A DNA stretch of 64,000 nt from an uncultured Acidimicrobiaceae bacterium (GTDB taxonomy: Bacteria; Actinomycetota; Acidimicrobiia; Acidimicrobiales; RAAP-2). The stretch lies in NCBI GenBank assembly GCA_963802735.1, contig CAWDJY010000017.1:94521-158520 (forward strand), written 5' to 3'. The translations under genes and the position numbers were made by a program. Below, in pieces: positions 15,405-25,653 of this stretch (the stretch's first letter is position 1; every line of letters starts with the position of its first letter). The notes beneath the pieces were generated by a model. It did no database searches and was not told the DNA's origin. It saw only the letters and a program-made list of their open reading frames with translations.

Positions 15405-17150
15405 ATGGACCGTTCCACGCCCTTCGGCAGTGACGACATTCCCGAGGACGACGACCAGATCGTGGTGAGTTCTCCGCGCGACTCGACCATGAGCGACGTC
15501 GAGCAGGCCAGCCGCCGAATCGAGATGCTCGAAGAGAAACTGCTCGAGGCCCGCGGCGCCCTCGCCCAGAGTCGCTCCAACAACGAGAAGCTCACCATCA
15601 CCATCCAACAGACGCGTGACCAGATCGCGGCGTTGCGTGACGAAGTCGAGAAACTGACGCAACCGCCCGCGGTCTACGGCACCTTCATCGACTTCAACGA
15701 GGACGGCACGGTCGACATCTTCGCCTCCGGTCGAAAGATGCGCGTGGCCCTGCACCCGGGCCTCGACCCGGCCCAGATCGACCGCGGCAACGAGGTCGTG
15801 CTGAACGAGTCCTTCACGGTCATCGGCGTGCGCGAGTCCGACGGTCAAGGCGAGGTCGTCACCGTCAAGGAGGTCCTGGACGAACGCCGGGTCCTCGTCT
15901 ACGGACGCGCCGACGAGGAACGCGTCGTCGAACTGGCCGACTCGTTGCGCCACGTCAAACTTCGCAGCGGCGACGCCCTCTTGCTCGACATGCGTTCGAA
16001 CCTGCTGGTCGAGAAGCTCCTGCGTCAAGAGGCCGAGGAACTCATCTTGGAAGAGGTCCCGGACATCACCTACGCCGACGTCGGGGGACTCGACAGCCAG
16101 ATCGAGGCCATCACCGACGCCGTGGAGCTGCCGTACCTGCACCGCGCGCTGTTCAACGACTACGACCTGCCGGCGCCCAAGGGCATCTTGCTCTACGGCC
16201 CGCCGGGCTGCGGCAAGACGCTCATCGCCAAGGCCGTGGCGAACTCGCTCTCCCAGAAGGTCGCCGAACTGACCGGCAACCGCAACGTGCGCTCGTACTT
16301 CCTCAACATCAAGGGTCCGGAGCTGCTCAACAAGTACGTCGGCGAGACCGAGCGTCAGATCCGCGTGGTCTTCCAGCGCGCCCGCGAGAAGGCCGAGGAG
16401 GGCGTGCCGGTCATCATCTTCTTCGACGAGATGGACTCGCTCTTTCGCACTCGCGGCACGGGCATCAGCTCGGACATGGAATCGACGATCGTCCCGCAAC
16501 TGCTGGCCGAGATCGACGGCGTCGAGTCGCTGCGCGACGTCATCGTGATCGGCGCGACCAACCGCGAGGACCTGATCGACCCGGCCATCCTTCGCCCGGG
16601 CCGCCTCGACGTCAAGATCAAGATCGAACGCCCCGACGCCGACGCGGCCGCGCAGATCTTCCAGCGCTACCTGCACGGCGACCTGCCGATCGACGAGACG
16701 TCGATCCACGACCTCGGCGGGGGAGACCGCGCCAAGGCCATCCAGGTGATGATCGAAGAGACGGTCACGGACATGTACCGCGTGACCGACGAGAACCGCT
16801 TCCTCGAGGTCACCTACCAAGGTGGCGACAAGGAGGTCCTGTACTTCAAGGACTTCGCCAGTGGCGCCATGATCGAGAACATCGTGCGGCGCGCCAAGAA
16901 GCTCGCGGTCAAGCGCGAGATAGCCGACAAGGGACGTGGCCTACGCGCCGATGACCTCATCGAATCAATTCGACAGGAGTACCGCGAGAACGAAGACCTG
17001 CCGAACACGACGAACCCGGACGACTGGGCGCGCGTGTCGGGCAAGAAGGGCGAGCGGATCATATTCATCCGCACCCTCGTGAACCGCGAAGAGACCGACG
17101 TCCTCGGCGGACGCTCCATTCAACACGTCGGCACCGGCCAGTACCTCTAA
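15405..17150 (+). CDS. mpa: Proteasome-associated AAA+ ATPase
   Basis: Coiled-coil N-terminus, Walker A GPPGCGKT, Walker [10 protein letters not shown]-terminal GQYL docking tail. Confidence 0.95.
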   Translation: MDRSTPFGSDDIPEDDDQIVVSSPRDSTMSDVEQASRRIEMLEEKLLEARGALAQSRSNNEKLTITIQQTRDQIAALRDEVEKLTQPPAVYGTFIDFNEDGTVDIFASGRKMRVALHPGLDPAQIDRGNEVVLNESFTVIGVRESDGQGEVVTVKEVLDERRVLVYGRADEERVVELADSLRHVKLRSGDALLLDMRSNLLVEKLLRQEAEELILEEVPDITYADVGGLDSQIEAITDAVELPYLHRALFNDYDLPAPKGILLYGPPGCGKTLIAKAVANSLSQKVAELTGNRNVRSYFLNIKGPELLNKYVGETERQIRVVFQRAREKAEEGVPVIIFFDEMDSLFRTRGTGISSDMESTIVPQLLAEIDGVESLRDVIVIGATNREDLIDPAILRPGRLDVKIKIERPDADAAAQIFQRYLHGDLPIDETSIHDLGGGDRAKAIQVMIEETVTDMYRVTDENRFLEVTYQGGDKEVLYFKDFASGAMIENIVRRAKKLAVKREIADKGRGLRADDLIESIRQEYRENEDLPNTTNPDDWARVSGKKGERIIFIRTLVNREETDVLGGRSIQHVGTGQYL

Positions 17151-17154
17151 GGCG

Positions 17155-18642
17155 ATGTCCGTCGCGAAGGTCCTCGGGATCGAGACAGAGTACGGCATCG
17201 CGGGCGGGCCGGACGCCGACCAGATCGTTGCCTCGAGCATCATCGTCAACGCCTACGCGCAAGAGGGTCGCACCCGGATCAACTGGGACTTCGAGGGCGA
17301 GACGCCCGACATGGACGCGCGCGGCCTCCCGGATTTGACGTCCTTCGCCCCCGTGGTCGAGACGCACCTCGCGAACACGGTCCTCACCAACGGCGCCCGG
17401 CTCTACGTCGATCACGCCCACCCGGAGTACTCCTCGCCCGAGTGTCGCACGCCGCTCGAAGCCACGCTGTACGACGCCGCCGGTGAGGAGGTCATGCGCC
17501 GGGCGCTGCTGGTGGCCAACGAGATGGTCGAGCCGCATCAGGCCATCACGCTCTACAAGAACAACTCCGACGGCAAGGGCAACTCCTACGGCACCCACGA
17601 GAACTACCTCGTGAGCCGCGAGGTGGAGTTCAACCACCTGGTGCGCGCGATGGTGCCCCATTTCGTCTCGCGCCAAATCATCATCGGCGCCGGCAAAGTG
17701 GGCGCCGAGACCGAGGCCGGCATGGACAGCGATCCCTTCTTCCAGTTGAGTTCGCGCGCCGAGTTCTTCGAAGAGGTCGTCGGACTCGAGACGACACTGA
17801 AACGCCCGATCATCAACACCCGCGATGAACCGCACGCCGACGCCGAGCGATTCCGCCGACTCCACGTCATCATCGGCGACGCCAACATGAGCCAGGTCGC
17901 GACCTTCGTCAAGCTCGGCTCCACCGCGTTGTTGCTCGCGGCGTTGGAGGACTCCGGCCTCGGAGCATTTCCCGCGATGCCGCGACAGCCGGTCGGCGCC
18001 GTTCGGGGCTTCGCGCTCGATCCGAGTTTGAAGTTTGCCGTGCTGTGCGACGACGACCGCGAACGAACCGCGTGGGACTTCCAAGACGAACTCTGGCACC
18101 TCGCCGACGACCACGTGGAGCGAAAGGGCGCTGACGCCGTCGCCCCGCCCGAGGAGGTCCAGCTGGTTCTGACGCAATGGCGCGAGATGCTCGACGGCGT
18201 GCGTGACGACCCGGCGTCGGTCGCCGACCGGGTCGACTGGGTGGCCAAATTAAGGGTCCTTCGGGGCTTTCAAGAGCGCCACGGGCTCGCCCACGGGGAC
18301 GCGCGCCTGCACGCCATCGATCTGCAGTACCACGACCTGCGCCCCGAACGATCGCTGGCCCAGCGTGTGGGGCTGCGCGCGCTGCACTCGGAGGACGACG
18401 TTCGTGAAGCGGTTCACAATCCGCCGGAAGAGACGCGGGCGTACTTCCGTGGCCAGTGCGTGGCCCGTTACCCCGACGAAATCGTGGCGGCGAATTGGGA
18501 TTCGGTCGTCTTCGATCTGGGCGAAGGACCGTTGCAACGTGTGCCGATGCTCGATCCCTTGAGGGGTACACGCGTTCTCACTGAAGAGTTGCTAGAAACG
18601 AGTGCGACGGCACACGCGCTTCTCGACGCACTAGACAGGTAG
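17155..18642 (+). CDS. dop: Pup deamidase/depupylase
   Basis: LGIETEYG N-terminus of the Pup-ligase/deamidase family. Located between mpa and pup. Confidence 0.93.
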   Translation: MSVAKVLGIETEYGIAGGPDADQIVASSIIVNAYAQEGRTRINWDFEGETPDMDARGLPDLTSFAPVVETHLANTVLTNGARLYVDHAHPEYSSPECRTPLEATLYDAAGEEVMRRALLVANEMVEPHQAITLYKNNSDGKGNSYGTHENYLVSREVEFNHLVRAMVPHFVSRQIIIGAGKVGAETEAGMDSDPFFQLSSRAEFFEEVVGLETTLKRPIINTRDEPHADAERFRRLHVIIGDANMSQVATFVKLGSTALLLAALEDSGLGAFPAMPRQPVGAVRGFALDPSLKFAVLCDDDRERTAWDFQDELWHLADDHVERKGADAVAPPEEVQLVLTQWREMLDGVRDDPASVADRVDWVAKLRVLRGFQERHGLAHGDARLHAIDLQYHDLRPERSLAQRVGLRALHSEDDVREAVHNPPEETRAYFRGQCVARYPDEIVAANWDSVVFDLGEGPLQRVPMLDPLRGTRVLTEELLETSATAHALLDALDR

Positions 18643-18651
18643 AACAATCGT

Positions 18652-18846
18652 ATGACAGAACAAGAGCGAATCCAAAAGCAGCGCACCGAACGAGCGAGTG
18701 AATCGGCACCGCCCGTCACGGTCGACGCGACCAAGGGCGACCAGTTGAAGGCCGACCTGGATGACCTGCTCGACGAGATCGACGAAGTCCTTGAGGAGAA
18801 CGCCGAGGAGTTCGTTCGCAACTACGTCCAAAAGGGTGGCGAGTAG
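18652..18846 (+). CDS. pup: Prokaryotic ubiquitin-like protein
   Basis: 64 aa, acidic, ends ...FVRNYVQKGGE. Immediately upstream of prcB. Confidence 0.9.
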   Translation: MTEQERIQKQRTERASESAPPVTVDATKGDQLKADLDDLLDEIDEVLEENAEEFVRNYVQKGGE

Positions 18847-19641
18847 ATGGGTCTACCGCTGTTCAGCGCCTCGGACGATCCGGGGCCTTCGTTCTTCCAC
18901 TTCGCCCAATCGACCGGACTGACGCCGCCGGTGTCGAGCGCGGGCGCCGCGTCGGCGCACGCCACGACGGTCATCGCCGTGCGCTACCGCGACGGCGTCG
19001 TGATGGTGGGGGACCGCCAGGCGACGACCAACTACATCGCCAGCCGCGACGTCCGAAAGATCGAAGCGGCCGACCGGTTCACGGCGATCGCCATCTCCGG
19101 CACGGCGGCGCGCGGCATCGAGTTCATCCGCATGGCGCAACTCTCCTTCGAGCACTACGAGAAGATGACCGACACCGCGCTCAGCCTCGAGGGGAAGGCG
19201 AACTACCTCTCTCCGATCATCCAGCGCAACAACCTCACGTCGCCGCTGGTGGTGGTGCCGTTGCTGGCCGGATGGGACACGTCGCTGCAGGCCGGTCGGA
19301 TCTTCGAGTACGACGGCGCCGGTGGTTGCTATGAGCGCTTCGACTTCGCGACCATCGGCTCGGGCACGCCCTTCGCCGAGGGCACGCTGCGACTCGGCTT
19401 CAGCGCCGACCTCGATCGCGACGCCGCGATCGAACTCGGCGCCCTCGCCATCTACGAGGCCGGTGACAACGACCCGAGCACTGGAGGACCGGACTTCGTG
19501 CGCAACATCTACCCGATGATCGTGACGATCTCCAGCGATGGTTTCCAGGAACTCGATCACGATGACGTCGCCACGCGTTTTCGCGTCATCAACGAACGTC
19601 GCACGCAGAGCGGCGGCGTGGCCGGGGGCTCGTTGCGATGA
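18847..19641 (+). CDS. prcB: 20S proteasome beta subunit
   Basis: Propeptide followed by the Thr-1 context HATTVIAVRY. Confidence 0.92.
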   Translation: MGLPLFSASDDPGPSFFHFAQSTGLTPPVSSAGAASAHATTVIAVRYRDGVVMVGDRQATTNYIASRDVRKIEAADRFTAIAISGTAARGIEFIRMAQLSFEHYEKMTDTALSLEGKANYLSPIIQRNNLTSPLVVVPLLAGWDTSLQAGRIFEYDGAGGCYERFDFATIGSGTPFAEGTLRLGFSADLDRDAAIELGALAIYEAGDNDPSTGGPDFVRNIYPMIVTISSDGFQELDHDDVATRFRVINERRTQSGGVAGGSLR

Positions 19642-20315
19642 GCAACTACTTCTACGTCGCCCCGGAGCAGCTGATCCGCGACCGCGCGGAGTTCGCGCAG
19701 AAGGGGATCGCGCGGGGCCGCTCCATCGTCGGGGCCATCTTCGACAACGGCGTCGTGCTCGTGGCCGAGAACCCCTCAGCGTCGCTCTTCAAGATCTCGG
19801 AGATCTATGACCGGATCGCCTTCGCCGGCGTGGGCAAGTACAACGAATTCGACCGGCTCCGCGAGGCCGGCATCCGGTGGGCCGACTCGACCGGGTTCAC
19901 CTACTCGCGCGGCGACGTCGACGTCCGGGCGCTGGCCAACTACTACGCCCAGCACCTCGGTGACATGTTCACCGAGGGCCAAAAGCCGCTCGAGGTCGAG
20001 ATCCTGGTCGCCCAACTGGGCAATACGACGCGCCCGACGAAGCTCTACCGGATCGCCTACGAGGGCACCATCTCGGACGAGCCGCGCTTCGCCGTCCTGG
20101 GCGGGGACGCCGAGACCATCAAGGCCCGCTTCGCCGCCTCCGAGGACCACCTCGAGACCCTGTCCGTGACGCTGAAGAACGCCGTAGGCGCCCTCGCTGG
20201 GCCCGATCGCACGATTGAGGTCGGTGACCTCGAGGTCGGGATCCTCGAGGACCGCGGGAGCCGACGCACGTTCACTCGTCTCAACGACGACCAAGTCAGC
20301 GAGCTCCTTCGCTGA
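19638..20315 (+). CDS. prcA: 20S proteasome alpha subunit
   Basis: ATGA overlap with prcB. N-terminus SNYFYVAPEQLIRDRAEFA. Confidence 0.92.
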   Translation: MSNYFYVAPEQLIRDRAEFAQKGIARGRSIVGAIFDNGVVLVAENPSASLFKISEIYDRIAFAGVGKYNEFDRLREAGIRWADSTGFTYSRGDVDVRALANYYAQHLGDMFTEGQKPLEVEILVAQLGNTTRPTKLYRIAYEGTISDEPRFAVLGGDAETIKARFAASEDHLETLSVTLKNAVGALAGPDRTIEVGDLEVGILEDRGSRRTFTRLNDDQVSELLR

Positions 20316-20336
20316 GGAATCGGCAAGGGTGACGAC

Positions 20337-21707
20337 GTGCTGCGACGCATCTACGGCATCGAAACCGAATACGGCATCACCTTCTCGCTGCGCGGACAAC
20401 GGCGCCTGAGCCCCGACGAGGTCAGTCGGTTTCTGTTCCGCAAGGTCGTCGCGTGGGGTCGTTCCAGCAACGTCTTCTTGGAGAACGGCAGTCGTCTCTA
20501 CCTCGACGTCGGCTCACACCCCGAGTACGCGACCGCCGAGTGCGACACGCTCGTCGACGCCGTGGCCCAGGACAAGGCGGGGGAGTCGATCCTGCGCGAG
20601 CTCGTCGAGTACGCGCAGGGCCAGCTCAGCGACGAAGGCATCCGCGGCGACATCTACCTGTTCAAGAACAACACCGACTCGACCGGCAACTCCTACGGCT
20701 GTCACGAGAACTACTGCATCGAGCGCATCGACGACCTGACGCGTCTCGAACAGGTCTTCATCCCGTATCTGATCAGCCGTCAGATCTTCACCGGCGCCGG
20801 CAAGGTCGTCACCAACGCCAAGGGCACCGCCTATTCGATGAGCCAGCGCGCCGAACACATCTGGGAGGCGATCTCCTCGGCGACGACGCGCAGTCGCCCG
20901 ATCATCAACACCCGCGACGAACCACACGCCGACCCCGAGAAGTACCGGCGACTGCACGTCATCGTCGGCGACTCCAACATGAGCGAGTTCGCGACGTACC
21001 TGAAGCTCGGCACCGCCGCCGTGGTGCTCGCCATGATCGAGGACCGCAACACGGTCCTGCGCGACTACAACATGGCCTCACCGATCAACGCACTGCGCGA
21101 CATCTCCTACGACCTCTGGAGCAAGGAGCCCGTCAAGTTGACCAACGGGCGCGACCTCACCGCGCTCGAGATCCAAGACGACCTGTGCGAGCGCGCCGAG
21201 CAGTTCTTGCAGGGTCACCCGCTCCCGGCCGACCAGGTGCACGCGGTGCAACTGTGGCGCGAGGTCATCGAGCAGTACCGCAACGACCCGATGGGACTGG
21301 CCGATCGCGTCGACTGGATCGCCAAACTGCAGATCATCGAGCGAGAGCGAGAGCGCAGCGGGGTCGACCTCAGCGACCCCAAGATCGCGCTCATCGACCT
21401 GCTCTATCACGACACGAGTTTCGAACGCGGTCTCTACTATCGCCGACAGGCCCGGGGTCACTTGCGACGGATGGTGAGCGACGAGGAGATCGCCACGGCC
21501 ACGCACACACCACCCCCGACGACGCGCGCGCACATGCGCGGCACGTTCATCAAGGCCGCCAAGGAGTGGCGCCGGGACTACACGGTTGACTGGGTCCATT
21601 TGAAGTTGAACGACGAGATGCAACGAACGGTACTGCTGAAGGACCCCTTCAAGAGCACCGACGAGCGCTTCCAGAAGCTCCTGCTCTCGCTCGAACGCCA
21701 CGGTTGA
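20337..21707 (+). CDS. pafA: Pup--protein ligase
   Basis: IYGIETEYG N-terminus. Paralog of dop, downstream of prcA. Confidence 0.93.
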   Translation: MLRRIYGIETEYGITFSLRGQRRLSPDEVSRFLFRKVVAWGRSSNVFLENGSRLYLDVGSHPEYATAECDTLVDAVAQDKAGESILRELVEYAQGQLSDEGIRGDIYLFKNNTDSTGNSYGCHENYCIERIDDLTRLEQVFIPYLISRQIFTGAGKVVTNAKGTAYSMSQRAEHIWEAISSATTRSRPIINTRDEPHADPEKYRRLHVIVGDSNMSEFATYLKLGTAAVVLAMIEDRNTVLRDYNMASPINALRDISYDLWSKEPVKLTNGRDLTALEIQDDLCERAEQFLQGHPLPADQVHAVQLWREVIEQYRNDPMGLADRVDWIAKLQIIERERERSGVDLSDPKIALIDLLYHDTSFERGLYYRRQARGHLRRMVSDEEIATATHTPPPTTRAHMRGTFIKAAKEWRRDYTVDWVHLKLNDEMQRTVLLKDPFKSTDERFQKLLLSLERHG

Positions 21708-21725
21708 GCGGACTAACCTTGATGG

Positions 21726-22358
21726 GTGTCTGATTCGACCCCCCAAGAGTCCGCGGTCGTCCTGACGTCCGATCCGCCACCGACGGAACCGGCGCCCACC
21801 AAACAGCTCAAGCCCCGTCGTCGGGCCATGATCGAATGGTCCGCGATCATCGTCGTCGCGGTACTCGTCTCGTTCTTGATGCGCGCCTACGCGTTCCAGA
21901 CCTTCTTCATCCCGTCCGGTTCGATGGAACCGACCCTGCAGATCGGTGACCGCATCATCGTGAACAAGCTCGCCGTCGAATGGGGCACCATCAACGTCGG
22001 TGACATCGTCGTGTTCAAGGCACCGCCGGCTGAGAACTGTGGCGAACCGGTCACGGACCTCGTGAAGCGCGTCATCGGCGTGCCCGGCGACTCCCTCAAG
22101 TCCGAGGGCAACACGATCTACCTCGAGAACGTCTCGCAGCACCAACCGTGGCACGCGTTGGACGAGACGTGGAGTCACACCGAACCATTGGGCCAGCCCA
22201 TCACGCCCATCACCTTGAAGGCGAATCAGTACTTCATGATGGGCGACAATCACTCCGATTCGTGCGACAGCCGCATGTGGGGCACGGTGCCACGCTCGGA
22301 CATCATCGGCAAGGCGTTCGTGCGGATCTGGCCGGTTTCCCGCATCGGATTTCTTTAG
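21726..22358 (+). CDS. lepB: Signal peptidase I
   Basis: S26 motifs IPSGSMEPTL, VKRVIG, GDNHSDSCDSR. Confidence 0.88.
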   Translation: MSDSTPQESAVVLTSDPPPTEPAPTKQLKPRRRAMIEWSAIIVVAVLVSFLMRAYAFQTFFIPSGSMEPTLQIGDRIIVNKLAVEWGTINVGDIVVFKAPPAENCGEPVTDLVKRVIGVPGDSLKSEGNTIYLENVSQHQPWHALDETWSHTEPLGQPITPITLKANQYFMMGDNHSDSCDSRMWGTVPRSDIIGKAFVRIWPVSRIGFL

Positions 22359-22379
22359 TCCCCGACCTACAATGGTCTG

Positions 22380-22760
22380 ATGTTCCTCAGTCCCGTCAAA
22401 GTCATGGTGATCGTGGCCGTGGTCTTGCTCTTGATGGGTCCCGACAAGTTGCCCGAGGTGGCGCACCGTCTGGGTTCGAGTTGGCGCGCCCTCAAGCGAC
22501 TCCAAGAGCGCGTGGAGAGCGAGGTGCGCGACGCCATCCCCGACCTCCCGAGTACCGGGGACATCGCGCGCATCGTGCGCAGCCCCATCAATCTGTTGAA
22601 CCAGCTGTCCGACCAGGTCGACGCCAAGGAGGCCGCCGAGGTGAGGAAGAACGCCGCGCCGGCCGAGACCACACCGCCACCGCTCATCTCCCCGCCCAGT
22701 CGACCGGTCGCCGCGCGGACCGAGTCCTCGACGCCGCCGCCTGATCCGTCGCTGAACTAG
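22380..22760 (+). CDS. Twin-arginine translocase TatA/TatB-family subunit
   Basis: N-terminal TM helix followed by MGPDKLPEVAHRLG amphipathic helix. Directly upstream of tatC. Confidence 0.8.
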   Translation: MFLSPVKVMVIVAVVLLLMGPDKLPEVAHRLGSSWRALKRLQERVESEVRDAIPDLPSTGDIARIVRSPINLLNQLSDQVDAKEAAEVRKNAAPAETTPPPLISPPSRPVAARTESSTPPPDPSLN

Positions 22761-22765
22761 GTCAC

Positions 22766-23503
22766 GTGTCGCGATTCAGCAAAGCCCAATCCGGCATGAC
22801 GCTCGCCGAGCACCTCGCCGAGGTGCGCCACCGCTTCTTGGTCTCGGCGATCACCGTATCGATCTTCGGGGTGGGCGCCTTCATCTTCTACCAACGGATA
22901 CTGGACTTCCTCCAGAAGCCGTACTGCGCCGCGCGCAGCGTGGCCCACAAGGGCTGCACGTTCCTGGTCACCGCACCCCTGGACGGACTCACGCTGCGCA
23001 TCAAGATTGCGTTCTTCGGTGGGCTACTACTGGCCTCGCCGGTGCTCTTCTGGCAACTGTGGCGTTTCATCACGCCGGGCCTCAAGGCGCGCGAGCGCAA
23101 GTACATCATCCCGTTCGTCTCGGCGTCGTTGGTCTTTTTCATCTCCGGCATGACGGTCGCGTACTTCAGCTTCGGGCACGCGATCCAGTTCCTCGAGAAC
23201 ATCGGCGGGAAGTCGCTCCTGACCGAGTACAACCCCAACCAGTACCTGACCCTGTTCTTGTTGATGATGTTCATCTTCGGCGTGACCTTCGAGTTCCCGG
23301 TGGTGCTCGTCGCGATGGAGATGGCCAACATCGTTACCCCCAAACAGCTCCTGCACTACTGGCGCTACGCGCTCATCGCGATCACCATCGCCGCGGCCGT
23401 GTTCACGCCGAGCGGCGACCCGCTCTCCATGCTGGCACTCGCGTTGCCGCTCGCCGTGTTCTACTTCGTCTCGATCGGCGTAGGTAAGTTGTTGAAGAAG
23501 TGA
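22766..23503 (+). CDS. tatC: Twin-arginine translocase subunit TatC
   Basis: LAEHLAEVRHRF N-terminus, 6-TM profile. Confidence 0.9.
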   Translation: MSRFSKAQSGMTLAEHLAEVRHRFLVSAITVSIFGVGAFIFYQRILDFLQKPYCAARSVAHKGCTFLVTAPLDGLTLRIKIAFFGGLLLASPVLFWQLWRFITPGLKARERKYIIPFVSASLVFFISGMTVAYFSFGHAIQFLENIGGKSLLTEYNPNQYLTLFLLMMFIFGVTFEFPVVLVAMEMANIVTPKQLLHYWRYALIAITIAAAVFTPSGDPLSMLALALPLAVFYFVSIGVGKLLKK

Positions 23504-25629
23504 CCGACGGCGACTACCGCGGTCGATTCCTCAACAGCCTCGCCTTCGGACTCGACCGCTTCCAGACCGAGGCGATCGACGCCGTGGACGAACACGTCAA
23601 CGTATTGGTGAGCGCCCCCACGGGTTCGGGTAAGACGTTGATCGCCAACTACGCCATCGGCCGCATCTTCGAACGCGGCGAACGCGCCTTCTACACAACG
23701 CCGCTCAAGGCGCTCTCCAACCAGAAGTACGGCGAACTCTGCGCTCTCTACGGGGAGCGCCGCGTCGGACTCCTCACCGGGGACGTGTCGATCAACGGCG
23801 GCGCCGAGGTCGTGGTCATGACGACCGAAGTGCTGCGTAACATGCTGCTGACCGAATCGCACCAGCTCAACACCCTGGGTCTCGTCGTCCTCGACGAGGT
23901 GCACTACCTCCAGGACCCGTTTCGCGGGGGCGTGTGGGAAGAGGTCATCATCTTGACCCCCGCCGCGGTGCGTTTCGTTGCGCTCTCGGCCACGATCGGC
24001 AACGCCAACTTCATCGGGGAGTGGTTCGCCGAGGTCCGCGGCCCCACGGCGATCATCGTGGAGAACGAGCGACCGATCCAATTGCATAATCACCTCGCCG
24101 TGATACGACGGGGCCAGTCCGCGGTCGAGATCGTGGACCTGCTCGACGGCCAGCGACTCTCGGACGAGGCCCGCCGCGTCGACAACCTCATGAAGGCGAC
24201 GAGGAAGTTCCGGCCCGGTCCGAAGTGGAAGGGACCGAAGACCAGCGCGCCGCCGCCGCCGTTTCGCGCGCCGCGGCGCAGTGAACTCCTCCACGCGCTC
24301 GAGCGCGACGACCTCTTGCCGGTCATCGTGTTCATCTTCTCTCGCGCGGCCTGTGATGACGCCGCCCACCAGTGCCGACGCGACGGGTTGATGTTCACCA
24401 CGCCCGAAGAACGGCGCGACATCGAAGCCATCGCCCAGTCGCGCCTCGTCGACTTCTCCGACGACGACCTCAAGGCACTCGAGTACGCGGACTTCATCGA
24501 CTGCCTGCGGCGTGGCCTCGCCATGCACCACGCCGGCATGGTGCCCGCGTTCCGAGAGATCGTCGAGACGTGCTTCGAGCTGAACCTGCTCGCCGTGGTC
24601 TTCGCCACCGAGACGCTCGCGCTGGGCGTCAACATGCCCGCTCGCTCAGTCGCGCTGGAGCGGTTCTCGAAGTACTCCGACGCCGGCCGCAAGTTCCTCA
24701 CCAGTGGCGAGTACTCGCAGATGACCGGCCGCGCCGGACGGCGCGGACTCGACGACGAGGGTCACGCGATCGTCTGCTTCGCGCCCGAGGTCGCCCTGAT
24801 GGACGTGGGGCGCGTCGCGCTCGCCCCGCCGTCGGACCTGCACTCATCCTTTCGACCGACCTACAACTTCACCGCCAACCTGATCAATCACTTCGAATAC
24901 GACACGGCGCTCGAGGTCGTCCAGCGCTCCTACGCGCAGTTCGAGACGGACCATCGCCCGACGGGCAACAAGCGGCCCCTCGGTGACCAGATGGTCGCGC
25001 GCCATCACGTCCTCGAGGAGCTCGGCTACGCCGACGGCTGGCACCTAACCAATCAGGGCCAGCTCCTACGTTCGATCTATCACGAGTGTGACCTGCTCAT
25101 CGCCGAGTCGATCACGACCGGCGTCTTCGAGGGCCTGGAGCCGGCACAACTGGCCGGCCTGTTGTCGTGCTTCGTGTTCGAGTCCAAGCGCGCCGGGCGC
25201 CTCGCGAACGCCGCGCGACAGGTGACCACCAAGAAGAAGCGCACTCTGAACGACCGGCTCGGTCACCAGCGCCGCGGCAACCTGAGCGACCGGCTCTCCG
25301 AGATCGCCGTCACCGCGCTCGCAATCCAGGAGATCGAGAGCCGATTCAAGGTTCCGGGTGCCAAGGAGCCCGACGGTAAATTCGCCACCACCATCGCGGC
25401 CTGGGCCCGGGGCGCCTCGCTCGGGACGGTCCTGGACCTGGCCGACGTCGAGGTCGGCCAGACCTCGCCCGGTGACTTCGTGCGAAACGCCAAGCAGGTC
25501 GCCGACCTCTGTGAGCAACTGGCCCGCATCAGTGACCTCACCTCAGTCGCCGAAGTGGCCGCCCAGGCCCGTGACGCGGTCCTACGCAGCGTCGTGGCGG
25601 GCTATTCGAGCGTCCACCCGCGCGCCTGA
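23500..25629 (+). CDS. helY: Ski2-like DEAD/DEAH-box helicase (HelY-like)
   Basis: Walker A APTGSGKT, DEVH box (VLDEVHY), SAT, and the conserved tatC-helY neighbourhood. Confidence 0.85.
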   Translation: MTDGDYRGRFLNSLAFGLDRFQTEAIDAVDEHVNVLVSAPTGSGKTLIANYAIGRIFERGERAFYTTPLKALSNQKYGELCALYGERRVGLLTGDVSINGGAEVVVMTTEVLRNMLLTESHQLNTLGLVVLDEVHYLQDPFRGGVWEEVIILTPAAVRFVALSATIGNANFIGEWFAEVRGPTAIIVENERPIQLHNHLAVIRRGQSAVEIVDLLDGQRLSDEARRVDNLMKATRKFRPGPKWKGPKTSAPPPPFRAPRRSELLHALERDDLLPVIVFIFSRAACDDAAHQCRRDGLMFTTPEERRDIEAIAQSRLVDFSDDDLKALEYADFIDCLRRGLAMHHAGMVPAFREIVETCFELNLLAVVFATETLALGVNMPARSVALERFSKYSDAGRKFLTSGEYSQMTGRAGRRGLDDEGHAIVCFAPEVALMDVGRVALAPPSDLHSSFRPTYNFTANLINHFEYDTALEVVQRSYAQFETDHRPTGNKRPLGDQMVARHHVLEELGYADGWHLTNQGQLLRSIYHECDLLIAESITTGVFEGLEPAQLAGLLSCFVFESKRAGRLANAARQVTTKKKRTLNDRLGHQRRGNLSDRLSEIAVTALAIQEIESRFKVPGAKEPDGKFATTIAAWARGASLGTVLDLADVEVGQTSPGDFVRNAKQVADLCEQLARISDLTSVAEVAAQARDAVLRSVVAGYSSVHPRA

Positions 25630-25653
25630 TTTCGCCTCTAGCCTCGATATTCC

